From Eledone cirrhosa (taxonomy: Eukaryota), in contig OZ024741.1 in the NCBI GenBank assembly GCA_964016885.1, positions 50,468,001-50,532,000 on the forward strand: a DNA stretch of 64,000 bases, in the 5' to 3' direction. Made by a program: the position numbers and the translations under genes. Every line of letters begins with the position of its first letter. Position 1 is the stretch's first letter. The notes beneath the pieces were generated by a model. It ran no database searches. It was given only the letters and a program-made list of their open reading frames with translations, and had not been told where the DNA came from. Of this stretch, positions 27,535 through 38,743 are shown piece after piece.

Positions 27535-28534
27535 TCTATATATATAAAGTTGTAGTTCCTGTCTATTTGTTTGTTCACAAACTCCTCCTATGGTTTTGGA
27601 GATAGACCCCATAACCATATATATTCTGAAACTACATTGCCCAGGGTACTTGGATAAGTATATTTCATTTTTATCACAGGGTTCCCAGGGGGCAAAAACT
27701 CCTGCTGAAAATTGTTTCCCTTCGATTTATATGAAATTTAAACCATAGGTAAACGACAAGATATGATGCCTATTCACAAAATTTCAATAATATTAAGACA
27801 CCCTAATGGGGGTTAAACCCTCTATAGTGAATATTTCGGCCAATAAATGGAACAAGATTGCATGAGAACTTGATTGAAACAACCATTATATTCGGGGCTT
27901 ACAAAGATCAAGCTCTTCTCATTCCAAGCATTCCACTTATACCAAGTGATAGCGAGTTGCTTTTTACATTTAAGAGGCTGCAGTTCCCAGTGAGGCCATG
28001 CTTTGCCATGAGCATCAATAAGAGAGTCAAGGTCAAACTTTCAAAACTATTGGTATATATCTGACAAACCCATGTTTCAGTCATGGCATGTTTTATTTTC
28101 AAGAACTGGAACTTCAAAAAATCTCTACATTTTAGTCAATCAAAGAAAGACAAAAAATATTGTTTACCCTGAAGTTCTTCATTAGGACAAAGTATGAAAT
28201 ATATTTTCATGTATTTATTATGTTAAAAAATAAATAATTAAACTTTGAATTTCTAATTTGAAAATAATGCTTTACACAAAAATGAAAGTTTTGAATTGAT
28301 ATTTTTAAAAAAATGATTTACAAGGAACAAAATAAGATTAGGATTTAATAATGTAATTTTGATTTGATATATTACAAAAAATGTTTTCCAATTTTTCATG
28401 CATTACATTTTACATTGAGTAATATTGAAATGCAGAGTTTTTGCCTATAAATTATATCACTGGTTTAAAATCAATCATAATTTTCTTACAAAAAAAATGT
28501 GTGAAACGCAGCAAGACGTGGGTAATTCGGCTAG
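27535..28534 (+). mobile_element. Non-autonomous Helitron (1.0 kb) retaining a PIF1-helicase C-terminal fragment
   Basis: 5' A|TCTATATATATAAAG, 3' CTAG|T; internal IPLIPSDSELLFTFKRLQFPVRPCFAMSINK. Confidence 0.85.
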
Positions 28535-28914
28535 TTAATTCCTAATTTCTTGGGGACACACTACTAGGTTATTTTCCTTCTCAAACTAAAAGGTAAATTA
28601 CAATTCCTGAAGAATTTTTTTAAATATATGATTCAATACGACCGCCAACTACCAATAATAATATATTCTAAGTAATTGTTTCTATATTTTGCTAACACAA
28701 AAAAAACAAAAACATCACCTGATTATAGTTATAGTATTTTTAAATTTTATTCTGCATGAAATCAAGAATTTATTGAACAAAATTTATACAATGATGAAAA
28801 TATAAAAAAAGGGGAAAGGGGGGAGGGGGAACGAAGGCTGTATAAGGGACTATAAATAACATGAGATGAAAAGGCAATGAAAGGGAGAATGGGGGGGGGG
28901 GGGGGAAAGACTAC

Positions 28915-29990
28915 ACTTAGGTCAGAGTGGTGTTTCAGCTGTACTCCACAGACAAAATTGCAAAGACATTTTTGCAGACAATGGCCAGCAACAGCCACCC
29001 CACCTCACAGGGCTCCTGCTGTTCTCATTTTACAGAGGAGTTCGGCTGTATGGGGTTCAAAGACATCTGAGGACTCAATGGCGATTGGAACAAAAAGGAA
29101 ATAACTGGATAAACCCTGAAATTTGATTGCCTTCTTCTCCTCTGCATTGTGGGTATTCCATTAGAAATGTGGCCATGACAGAGTTAGGCACTTTGAAAGG
29201 TAGATCTGGAGAAATTGTTGAGATACTAGAGAGGAGACAAGTAGGTGAGTGCTGTGGGCACAAAGTGAGATGTAGGGGAGCAACATTGAAGATGAGGAGG
29301 CTCTCGACTCATGGCAAATTCAAAGATGCCCTGCTTTATGCTGTTGACAGTAAGGAAAAGGAGGGAGGAATTCACAACACTAGGGATTTCTGAGAGATAA
29401 CCCGCTGAAGGCTGCAGACAAGATTTATGGTTGGAGCAAGGCCTCAAAATTTGAAGGGTAACATGGGGATGGATGGGTCAATTAAAGCTAAGAAACAGAC
29501 TTAGAAAGACAGGCAGAGAACACTACTGAAAATCTAGGAGAAAAGCTAGGCATCAAGTAGTTTGCAAGAACTGAGAAAGAAAGGTATGAAGTGTTGAGGA
29601 TTGCAAGGCAATGTGTCAAAATATTGTTGGAATAGAGTATGACTGGAGTCCTCACCAACATGGAGAAGGAAGTGTGAATGAAAAAATTGCACGAGAGGAA
29701 AATGATCCGTCCTAAGTAGACCCAACAAAGGGACCAGTTATCTACGTTAGCAGTATGTTGAAGTAATTAAGGATATAAAAATAAGTAGCTGGACCATCAG
29801 GGATAATTGATGAGATACTGAAAGCCTCCGGGATGATGGACCACATGTTAATTTTATATATTGTAAATCTGGTAATACAGGATGGTGTCATAGCCAATGA
29901 CTGGTGTAGCAAAAGTATTGACAACTTTGCATTAGACAGAGGAAACTATAGATGCATCAAGCTGAGGGATAAGGTTATGAAAGTTATGTG
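28915..29990 (+). mobile_element. Degenerate RTE LINE, 5' region with endonuclease and RT fragments
   Basis: GTLKGRSGEIVEILERRQV (APE N-terminus) and later RT-linker fragments. Confidence 0.65.
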
Positions 29991-30775
29991 AACACAGCCC
30001 CAAAATACTTAAACTTCTTTGCCTGCTTCAGTGGAACTCCATTGACATGTAGAGTGCACTGCACAGACTTCTTTGAGAGGACGAGTGTTTCAGTTTTTGT
30101 AGCACTCAGCATCAAACCTATCAAGTGCAAGTCGGAGATCACCTATCGAGTTAAGTAACACTATGTCATCTGCAAACTCCAGCCGATTGATCTTACACCT
30201 CCCACTCGTGATACCACTTCCAACCTGGTTGCTCATGTAATGAACAGGAGAGGTGACAGTAAGCACCCTTGGCAGAGTCAGACTCCCACATTGATTGGTT
30301 TTGATTTAACACCATTTATCCGAACACATACCTGGGCAGCAAGAAGCTGACTATCGGTCCCAAACTCCTGCAAAACCTTCCATAGAAGGTCCTAAGGAAT
30401 GTGGTCATATGCCTTTTCATGGTCTACAAAATAAGAATACACCTCTTCGCAATGCTCCCACAATTTCTTGAAGACCTGCCACAGCGTGAATATATGGTTG
30501 GCTGTGCTACGGGTTTGAGGAAGTACCATACTAGCGACTGGCAAAAATAAGACTACCAAAACTACAATATGATGTGGGGAACTAAAAAGAACATACCGCA
30601 TTGTCCTTCAGGCCTGTTCGAAAAATATATTGTAGTCACCATTTCATGCCACAAAAATTGGCAATAGGCCTGCAACCTGTCCTGGGAGGCATGGGATGGA
30701 GACACAAAGATTGTAGGTCCTGAGACCCCAAAGAGGGTTCGAAATGGAGCAAACCATGACAATTGGAACCCAGAA
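29990..30775. mobile_element. Rearranged LINE piece: minus-strand RT fragment joined to plus-strand 5'-end/endonuclease start
   Basis: Minus: NHIFTLWQVFKKLWEHCEEVYSYFVDHEKAYDHIP; plus: ATGACAATTGGAACC (MTIGT); diverged relative of the segment inside the 988-bp repeat. Confidence 0.6.
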
Positions 30776-31695
30776 TATCACAATCAACATAAATAATTTT
30801 TATTTTATTATATTAATTTTTTTTTTACTGTTTAGTCAGGAAAAACAATGTCCGTGACTCCTCATGACTGCCAAGACTGGTGGGAGGAAAGGATTTTCAA
30901 GATGGAGACCAGCTTTGAATATTTACAAAAGAGTAAACTCCACTAAAGGCATTCAAGAGACTGATAGTGGTATTACACTCATGTAGGCCACAAACTGAGA
31001 AGACATACAACCAGGATAAATATTATAAGACATCATATCCAATATTCTATCAATTCTGCCAGTCTACCACTATGGACTGGTCCTTCATTTCATTGACTCC
31101 AAAAGGATGAAAGGTAAAATTGACCATGGCAGGATCTGACTTTAGAGCACTGAAGCAAACACTGATTCTGCCAAATTCGCTGCCTTTAATTACATTAACT
31201 TCATTCACACAATAAACCAGCCAAGTTGTGATTGTAACAATCACACCTCTTTTGGGAAATTTCAATTGTGGAATCATCTTGTTGTTTGATGAAAGGAATA
31301 GCCTGCTCATAATTTCAACATGCTAGTTGAGCATCCCATAGATATAAGTACTCTCAATGTAATTCTCAGGTAGATTCAGCAGGACAGTTGTGAAACAAAG
31401 CTAGATCTTTGAATTACAGGTATAGCCTGACAGGTTTCCAAACCTGATAAGAGAAAAGCAAACTTCTTAACCATTTAGCAATGCTGCAGCCATTCTTCAG
31501 TTGTACAATAGCATACCATAATTACAAAATACAATGTTTTGAAAAATGTTATAAATAATATTTTTATGTTCCACTCTGTAAATGTGGTTGGTGTTAGGAA
31601 GAGCATCCAGTTGTAAAATACGTGCCAACTCTGCATGGACGACCTGTCTAACACATGCAAGCATGAACAAATGGATGCTAAATGGTGATGATGAT

Positions 31696-31833
31696 GATTG
31701 TTTGAGATGGAACGAAGGAGACAACCATTCACTTCAGGCTGTTTCTCAGATGTTCTCATGTTAATATAGGAAGTTGAAATATTAATAAAAGACAAACAAA
31801 GGAAAAGTCTAAGTCGTCTTTTGAAACTTCCAC
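31696..31833 (-). ncRNA. Candidate box H/ACA snoRNA in EEF1B2 intron 1 (further copies ~32684-32821 and ~33673-33810)
   Basis: Sense strand: hairpin (GGAAGUU/AACUUCC, AAAAGACGA/UUGUCUUUU), ANANNA candidates AUAUUA and AGAACA, second hairpin UGAGA/UCUCA with internal pocket, then ACA; ~136 nt. Confidence 0.3.
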
Positions 31834-33867
31834 AATTTACTACTTCTCTGGATTGATAATTTAGTTTACTTGTTAATAACACACTGCTTCACATGTAGAG
31901 TGCTCTGCGCAGGCTTCCTTGAAAGGACGAATGTCTGTTTTGGCAGCACTGATTTTCATTCCAGCCATGCAACACCCGGCATCAAACCTATCAAGTGCAA
32001 GTTGGAGATTACCTCTCGAGTTAAGTAAAACCATGTTGTTTGCAAATTCCAGTCAACTGATTTTATACCTGCCAGTCATGATAGCACTTCCAACCCCGCT
32101 GTGCATGTAAATATTGGACAGGAGACACGACTGTACACACCTTGGCAGAGTCCTACTTCCATATTAAATGGTTTTGATTTAGCACCATTTATCTGAACAC
32201 CAATACTCAGGCATTTGTAGTGACATCAGGGTAACAAGAAGTTGACCATCGATCCCATACTCCTGCAGAACCTTCCACAGCAGGTCCCGAAGAACAGTCA
32301 TATGCCTTTTTGAGGTAAAACAAGAATATACTCCCGTGATTTCTTAAAGACCTGCCAGTGTGAATATTTGGTAGGCTGTGCTGCGGGTTTGAGAAAGTAC
32401 CAGATTGGTGACTAGCACGAATAAGACCACCAAAACTGCAATATGATGAGAGGTACAGAAAAGAACTATACTGCATTGTCCTTTGCATGGGTTAAGGCCT
32501 TAGGTAGAGGGTGTGTTAAAAAAATATATTGTAGTCACCATTTCATGCCACAAAAACTGACGATAAGCCTGTGATCTGTCCTGGGATGGACACACAAAGC
32601 TTGCATATCCCAAGACTCTAAAGACGGTTCAGAAAGGAGCAAACCATGACAATTGGAACCTGGAAAATGTTTATAAATATTTATATTGTTTGAGATGGAA
32701 CGAAGGAGACAACCATTCACTTCAGGCTGTTTCTCAGATGTTCTCATGTTAATATAGGAAGTTGAAATATTAATAAAAGACAAACAAAGGAAAAGTCTAA
32801 GTCGTCTTTTGAAACTTCCACAATTTACTACTTCTCTGGATTGATAATTTAGTTTACTTGTTAATAACACACTGCTTCACATGTAGAGTGCCCTGCGCAG
32901 GCTTCCTTGAAAGGACGAATGTCTGTTTTGGCAGCACTGATTTTCATTCCAGCCATGCAACACCCGGCATCAAACCTATCAAGTGCAAGTTGAAGATTAC
33001 CTCTCGAGTTAAGTAAAACCATGTTGTTTGCAAATTCCAGTCAACTGATTTTATACCTGCCAGTCATGATAGCACTTCCAACCCCGCTGTGCATGTAAAT
33101 ATTGGACAGGAGACACGACTGTACACACCTTGGCAGAGTCCTACTTCCATATTAAATGGTTTTGATTTAGCACCATTTATCTGAACACCAATACTCAGGC
33201 ATTTGTAGTGACATCAGGGTAACAAGAAGTTGACCATCGATCCCATACTCCTGCAGAACCTTCCACAGCAGGTCCCGAAGAACAGTCATATGCCTTTTTG
33301 AGGTAAAACAAGAATATACTCCCGTGATTTCTTAAAGACCTGCCAGTGTGAATATTTGGTAGGCTGTGCTGCGGGTTTGAGAAAGTACCAGATTGGTGAC
33401 TAGCACGAATAAGACCACCAAAACTGCAATATGATGAGAGGTACAGAAAAGAACTATACTGCATTGTCCTTTGCATGGGTTAAGGCCTTAGGTAGAGGGG
33501 TGTGTTAAAAAAATATATTGTAGTCACCATTTCATGCCACAAAAACTGACGATAAGCCTGTGATCTGTCCTGGGATGGACACACAAAGCTTGCATATCCC
33601 AAGACTCTAAAGACGGTTCAGAAAGGAGCAAACCATGACAATTGGAACCTGGAAAATGTTTATAAATATTTATATTGTTTGAGATGGAACGAAGGAGACA
33701 ACCATTCACTTCAGGCTGTTTCTCAGATGTTCTCATGTTAATATAGGAAGTTGAAATATTAATAAAAGACAAACAAAGGAAAAGTCTAAGTCGTCTTTTG
33801 AAACTTCCACAATTTACTACTTCTCTGGATTGATAATTTAGTTTACTTGTTAATAACACACTGCTTC
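31697..33867. repeat. Tandem direct repeat, unit 988-989 bp, ~2.2 copies, >99% identical
   Basis: Identical ORFs at 32207 and 33195 (offset 988); about 3 differences seen between units. Confidence 0.95.
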
Positions 33868-33898
33868 TCACACAGTAGAAGCAGTGTGTTATTAACAA
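33847..33898. repeat. Perfect 22-bp inverted repeat with 8-nt loop
   Basis: TTGTTAATAACACACTGCTTCT-cacacagt-AGAAGCAGTGTGTTATTAACAA. Confidence 0.95.
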
Positions 33899-34871
33899 AT
33901 GCCTCGTCCTGACAGTCCTTTTGCATTAATGAACCATCCGATTCCTGCACTCTATCAGATGCCTTGTTTTATTAGACTTTGTGTAATAAAAACTACTTCA
34001 GACTTAAGATGTTATAGTAATTCCATCTATTTTTATTATTTGCTGAGTTGTTTCAGAGTCGGACAATGATTTGCTGTATTTGGCAGAATTGTTAGATAAC
34101 TCCCATAGATAATCTTAGGATTTAAATTCATATATACTTCCAGTAATCTCCGTAAAAACAATCAGCAATAATCGTAAATGATAAAATCCGAAGGATTTAT
34201 GAAAGAAAATTATAAAAGAAATACATTTTATAGTAATGTCTACGGCATTTCAAAAATTGCATAAAAGTATTGTTGATGACTGAACCAGTAAAATCTCTGT
34301 CAATTTCAGACTAAATAACCAGAAGCGTGTGATCTTAAATTGAAATATTACCGGCTCTTCGTGCCAGAGTTCAAATCCCAATATAGCTTGCTTGGGTAGT
34401 CAACTCAATTCAACACCACCTTGTCCTTCGATACATTTAGCGCAGCAAGCACTCTCACCAAGTCTCCTGTCTAACTATTCCTTCCTCTCGCCAGCCAAGG
34501 TGGCCATGAAATGGGTGATAGGCACTGCTGCTTCTTTCACTAACTAAACAGTAACAAATAAAAAGATCGAGTGACTGTGTAGAAAGTTCATCGTTGACGT
34601 TTCATTTATTTGAAGCCGACGGTTACTTCCGAAACTCGGATTAACGACGATACAAAACTACGAAGTGTATAAACTACATCTATTTAATACAGTCCTGAGT
34701 CGTTAATATTCCAACATACATATATAATTTATAAAAAATATCAATTGGACATCATTGACATCTTTGAAGAAAACGGAAATGTCTCGTCAAATTCACCGGA
34801 TTCATTTTGTATACTCTGCTTATATCGGCAATAAATCCGGTGACTCGATATTGTATTTTTTTTTCCAATTA

Positions 34872-35055
34872 TACGAGGGTTGGTTGAAATGTTAATAGGC
34901 TGACTATGAAAGAATGATGCTAGTGCTCTGAAATCTTGTATGCATTAATTCCAACTTCATTAATAACTGCATTATTTCTTCCAAGGGATTATGTTGAAAA
35001 ATAAACCTCATTTGGTCATTCCATATATCTTGTCAATATATGGACTTTTCAGCCG
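34872..35055 (+). mobile_element. Mariner-type non-autonomous element remnant (related copy on minus strand ~63220-63315)
   Basis: TA-CGAGGGTTGGTTGAAA start; AGGCTGACTATGAA..GATGCTAG..ATCTTGTATGCATTAATT shared with 63235-63300. Confidence 0.55.
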
Positions 35056-35274
35056 ACAATGGAACAAGCTCGACCATTATTGTTGTTCGTTATCGAAAGT
35101 GATGGTTTACGTAGAATATAAATATAGAAATAAAATACGGATGAAATATTTAGGAAGAAAAAAAAAATACTATCAGAGAAATGATGTACACTCCAGTTCT
35201 AAATCTTAGCATTTGAGAATCATGTAAGCCACGTGGATATATAAGGAGGGGAGAATATTGTAATAAGGTCATAC

Positions 35275-35354
35275 CCTTCAATGTAACTGCGTGTAGACAT
35301 ATACTCATTCAAAGCTTTCAGACCAGCTTCGGTTTTCAAGTCTCCAAAACCCAT
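35275..35354 (-). CDS. EEF1B2: Elongation factor 1-beta, exon 1 (80 nt coding); joined CDS 675 nt, 224 aa
   Basis: [27 protein letters not shown]|gtatga; diagnostic N-terminus; all six exons join in frame. Confidence 0.97.
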
Positions 35355-35414
35355 CTTGACGGAAATTTTAAATTTGTGACGGAGGAGCTTGTAGAAAACG
35401 TTCAGCTACCAATT

Positions 35415-35503
35415 CAGGTAAAATGGCGAAGAGACCGGTGATGAGTGAAATATTACCGTTTGTAATATAAGGAAATTTATTTATTTATTTATTTCACATT
35501 ATA

Positions 35504-35547
<44 letters not shown>

Positions 35548-35760
35548 TAGATTCCCGATAGGTATCGGGAGGTGACCATGCTGTGCCATTTGCTTTTTAA
35601 GAAATTAAAAAATAAAAGATAGCATTTTGAAGGGGGTGTATTTGACTGCTATTTCGAGCAAGTCGATGAACCACGTAGTGTCTTAGCGAGTGCCAGTTGA
35701 AACAGGAAGTAGGGATGCCGCGGTAAATGTGAGGGTCACTGCTTCCGCAGCCGAACAGAA
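35415..35760. promoter_or_regulatory. CpG-enriched, probably bidirectional promoter
   Basis: Minus-strand pyrimidine run TCTCTTC followed by YY1-like GCCATTTT (AAAATGGCG 35420-35428); ETS-like CAGGAAGT near 35703; local CpG enrichment. Confidence 0.5.
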
Positions 35761-35828
35761 TAAAATCCTAAAATATCGGGATTTTTTTTTGTTTTTTAAT
35801 TCTTTAATCAACTAACCATTTTTTCCAG

Positions 35829-36013
35829 CCTGACGCGTTCGAGACGTTTGGAGGAGCTTGGGCCGGTGAAAGCGAAGTTCTTGGTTAGCGGCTCACTTTA
35901 CCGAGTTGTCAAGTGAAGTCCGTCAGGGTGCTTAGTTGTTCCAGCACCTTAGCCTCGCCATGTAATGCTGAGAGCGTGTTGGCTTACCTCAAAAAGTTCC
36001 GATGACCCTTGTG
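35829..36013 (+). other. Candidate non-coding exon of a transcript divergent from EEF1B2
   Basis: Acceptor ttttttccAG at 35828, donor TG|GTATGT at 36014, CpG/GC-rich body without a recognisable ORF. Confidence 0.35.
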
Positions 36014-36114
36014 GTATGTGATCGATTGACGCACTTAGTGTTGAATTGATTTTGGGTTTTTTTTTTCTCTCGCTTTGATTATTTTTGTGTATTATATTTA
36101 TAAAGTTCCTAACA

Positions 36115-36290
36115 ATAATTGTATCTACTTTAGGCACAAGGCCAGTAATTACCCAGTGCATTATCGACCCCGTAAGGATGAAAGGCAAAGTCAACCTCGG
36201 CGGGATTTGAACTCAGATCGTAAAGGGACGTAACTATGCTGGAAAGCATGGCGTCCGACCCTCTACCGATACTGCCAATTCACCGCCCTA
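36115..36290 (-). mobile_element. Family-B SINE
   Basis: Same head, central domain and tail as 7765-7951. Confidence 0.8.
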
Positions 36291-37195
36291 ACACCCAGTT
36301 CCTAACAATAATGAATTGATTACATGTATGTACTTCTATTTAATCTTATATATTTATTATATGATAATACTCTTCTGTGTAAAAAATATATTTAAAATAT
36401 AAGAGAATGTAGCGGGGAATGAGGGAAGGGTACGAAGAAAGGAAAATAAAGAGAACATAGGATTATCGCGTTGAATGAAAGAAAAAGAAAGAGGAAAAAA
36501 GCAGAAAGAAAACGGGAAATATTAATTTTTAAAAAATGAAAAAGCAGTAAGTAATAAGAACTTTTAGGCGATATCCAATTTTAGCGGCCTAAATGCCGCT
36601 TACTTGCTGTAGTTGCTGCTTACTTCAATGTATGAGGCTATTCCAACAAATTTACATTCCCCTTTCTTTAGCCGTTAAAAGAAATATAAATTTATTTATT
36701 GGTTTTTTTTTGCGATTTATTTGCCACTGGGGCATAGATTTCTTTATTTGCCCCTTTTTTGTTTGTTTGCGATTTATTAGCCTTTTGGGGTCACACAGCC
36801 CCGTAGAAAGTGTGCGACCTTTCTGCCAGGGAGCACAGAGAGAGGGGGGTTCTCCCTTCTCTTACCTGTACAAGCCGATATAGAGAGATGGCCCACTTAC
36901 ACGGGCCATTATTGCTACTTTCACCCATCTTTCATGGAATTGGCTGGGACTGAGTGCCTTTTTCTCCACCTTGATCCTTCTTTCGAAGTGGTATCGGAAG
37001 AAGAGGACCATTTGTTGGCCGGCAACATATCCCCACAGTTTCCTCGTTGCAAACGCATCTGGGACATTTCTTTTCCAAGGGGTTTCCGTCTCGGAATCCG
37101 TGTCTGTAGAGCCTTTCCCGAACGGGCAGGGCCCCTCGGTATAATAGTAAGTATTAGTGGTTGTAATAAAAATGCAATCAAAATGTAATAAATAC

Positions 37196-37331
37196 CTTCA
37201 CTGATTTCTTTCCTTATATTATCAACAGAAGTTGGTATGTCACCCAAAGTTCGCTTTGTATGTTCCCGAATAGCAGTGAATTTTGATAAAACTGTTTCTA
37301 ATTCCTTCTCCACAGTAAGACAAATATCCAT
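37196..37331 (-). pseudogene. RMND5: Inverted copy of RMND5-like first coding exon
   Basis: Same translation as 37505-37640 with the same donor; no downstream RMND5 exons seen before the EEF1B2 promoter. Confidence 0.7.
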
Positions 37332-37504
37332 GTGTAGTTGAAGAGGATAAGTATGAAAGAACAGTCATTTAAATTTACAGATGGACAGATGTGGTGTTTG
37401 GCAGGGTTTGAGATATATAGAAAAATAATTATTTACAGAAAAAGAAAATAATAATAAAGATTTATTATAATTTTTTTAAAGATTTATATCTTTTTGGACT
37501 ACAC

Positions 37505-37640
37505 ATGGATATTTGTCTTACTGTGGAGAAGGAATTAGAAACAGTTTTATCAAAATTCACTGCTATTCGGGAACATACAAAGCGAACTTTGGGTGACATA
37601 CCAACTTCTGTTGATAATATAAGGAAAGAAATCAGTGAAG
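37505..37640 (+). CDS. RMND5: RMND5-like (GID/CTLH E3 ligase subunit) first coding exon; functional gene or captured fragment
   Basis: MDICLTVEKELETVLSKF...IRKEISE resembles recalled RMND5A N-terminus (MDQCVTVERELEKVLHKF); ends GAAG|gtattt; later exons not found. Confidence 0.7.
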
Positions 37641-37693
37641 GTATTTATTACATTTTGATTGCATTTTTATTACAACCACTAATATTTACTATT

Positions 37694-38150
37694 ATACCGA
37701 GGGGCCCTGCCCGTTCGGGAAAGGCTCTACAGACACGGATTCCGAGACGGAAACCCCTTGGAAAAGAAATGTCCCAGATGCGTTTGCAACGAGGAAACTG
37801 TGGGGATATGTCGCCGGCCAACAAATGGTCCTCTTCTTCCGATACCACTTCGAAAGAAGGATCAAGGTGGAGAAAAAGGCACTCAGTCCCAGCCAATTCC
37901 ATGAAAGATGGGTGAAAATAGCAATAATGGCCCGTGTAAGTGGGCCATCTCTCTATATCGGCTTGTACAGGTAAGAGAAGAAGGGAGAACCCCCCACTCT
38001 CTGTGCTCCCTGGCAGAAAGGTCGCACACTTTCTACGGGGGTGTGTGTGACCCCAAAAGGCTAATAAATCGCAAAAAAACAAACAAACAAAAAAGGGGCA
38101 AATAAAGAAATCTATGCCCCAGTGGCAAATAAATCGCAAAAAAAAAACAA
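37694..38150 (+). mobile_element. Tx1/L1-type LINE 3' end inside the foldback arm (mirror copy ~36695-37142)
   Basis: YRGALPVRERLYRHG..KCPRCVCNEETV zinc-knuckle-like motif and FRYHFERRIKVEKK..FHERWVK terminus, then AATAAA plus A-rich tail. Confidence 0.65.
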
Positions 38151-38743
38151 TAAATAAATCTATATTTCTTTTAACGGCTAAAAAAAGGGGCATGTAAATT
38201 TGTTGGAATAGCCTCATACAGCAAGTAAGCGGCATTTAGGCCGCTAAAATTGGATATCGCCCAGAACTGTTTCTGGCTTGGTTTCTACGATTGGATGCCC
38301 TTTCTAACGCCAACTACATTTACAGTGTGGGTGGAGTGTTAGGGCATGGGATGTGTATGAAAGGGGGAGGAAGGATAGGGGCTAAGTGGTGCATACTGTT
38401 ATACATGCATATATATAACTAAATATTAAATTCTTTATTATTTTTATGTAATTTTATTTGAAATAAAATAATTTGACTTAAAAACAAAAAATAGCTTTGC
38501 TTCACTTCAGAAAAGTTACAATTGCTAATGTTCAATATAACATTGTTCAATCTGCCTCTATGGAGTGGTCACTTCTATATTGTTGGGAAAATCCTTTTAA
38601 AAAGTGCAAGGTTTAATCAAACAGAGTGTGTGTTTGTTGGCAAAATCTAACAGTAGCTGAATCTTTGTATGATGAGCAAACAGGCAAATATGTTGCAGAT
38701 CCTTTAGGCCAGAATCACAGTTATCCTTTATAACGATTGTTTG

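Larger units (their letters stand above)
36566..38262. repeat. 1.7-kb foldback: inverted arms 36566-37338 and 37498-38262, 159-bp spacer
   Basis: Arms are reverse complements from GGCGATATCCAATTTTAGCGGCC to CATGTGTAGT; twin 136-aa ORFs differ at only 2 residues. Confidence 0.95.

Noticed and set aside
35829-36013. Structured ncRNA (U3, RNase P/MRP) or RPL11-like AKVLEQL peptide
   Set aside because: Diagnostic boxes are absent; the peptide match is 7 aa in a frame with stops; the stems are expected for GC-rich sequence.
37648-38235. 195-aa minus-strand ORF and mirror ORFs 36593-37188
   Set aside because: Antisense reading of LINE/TIR sequence; broken in the other arm.
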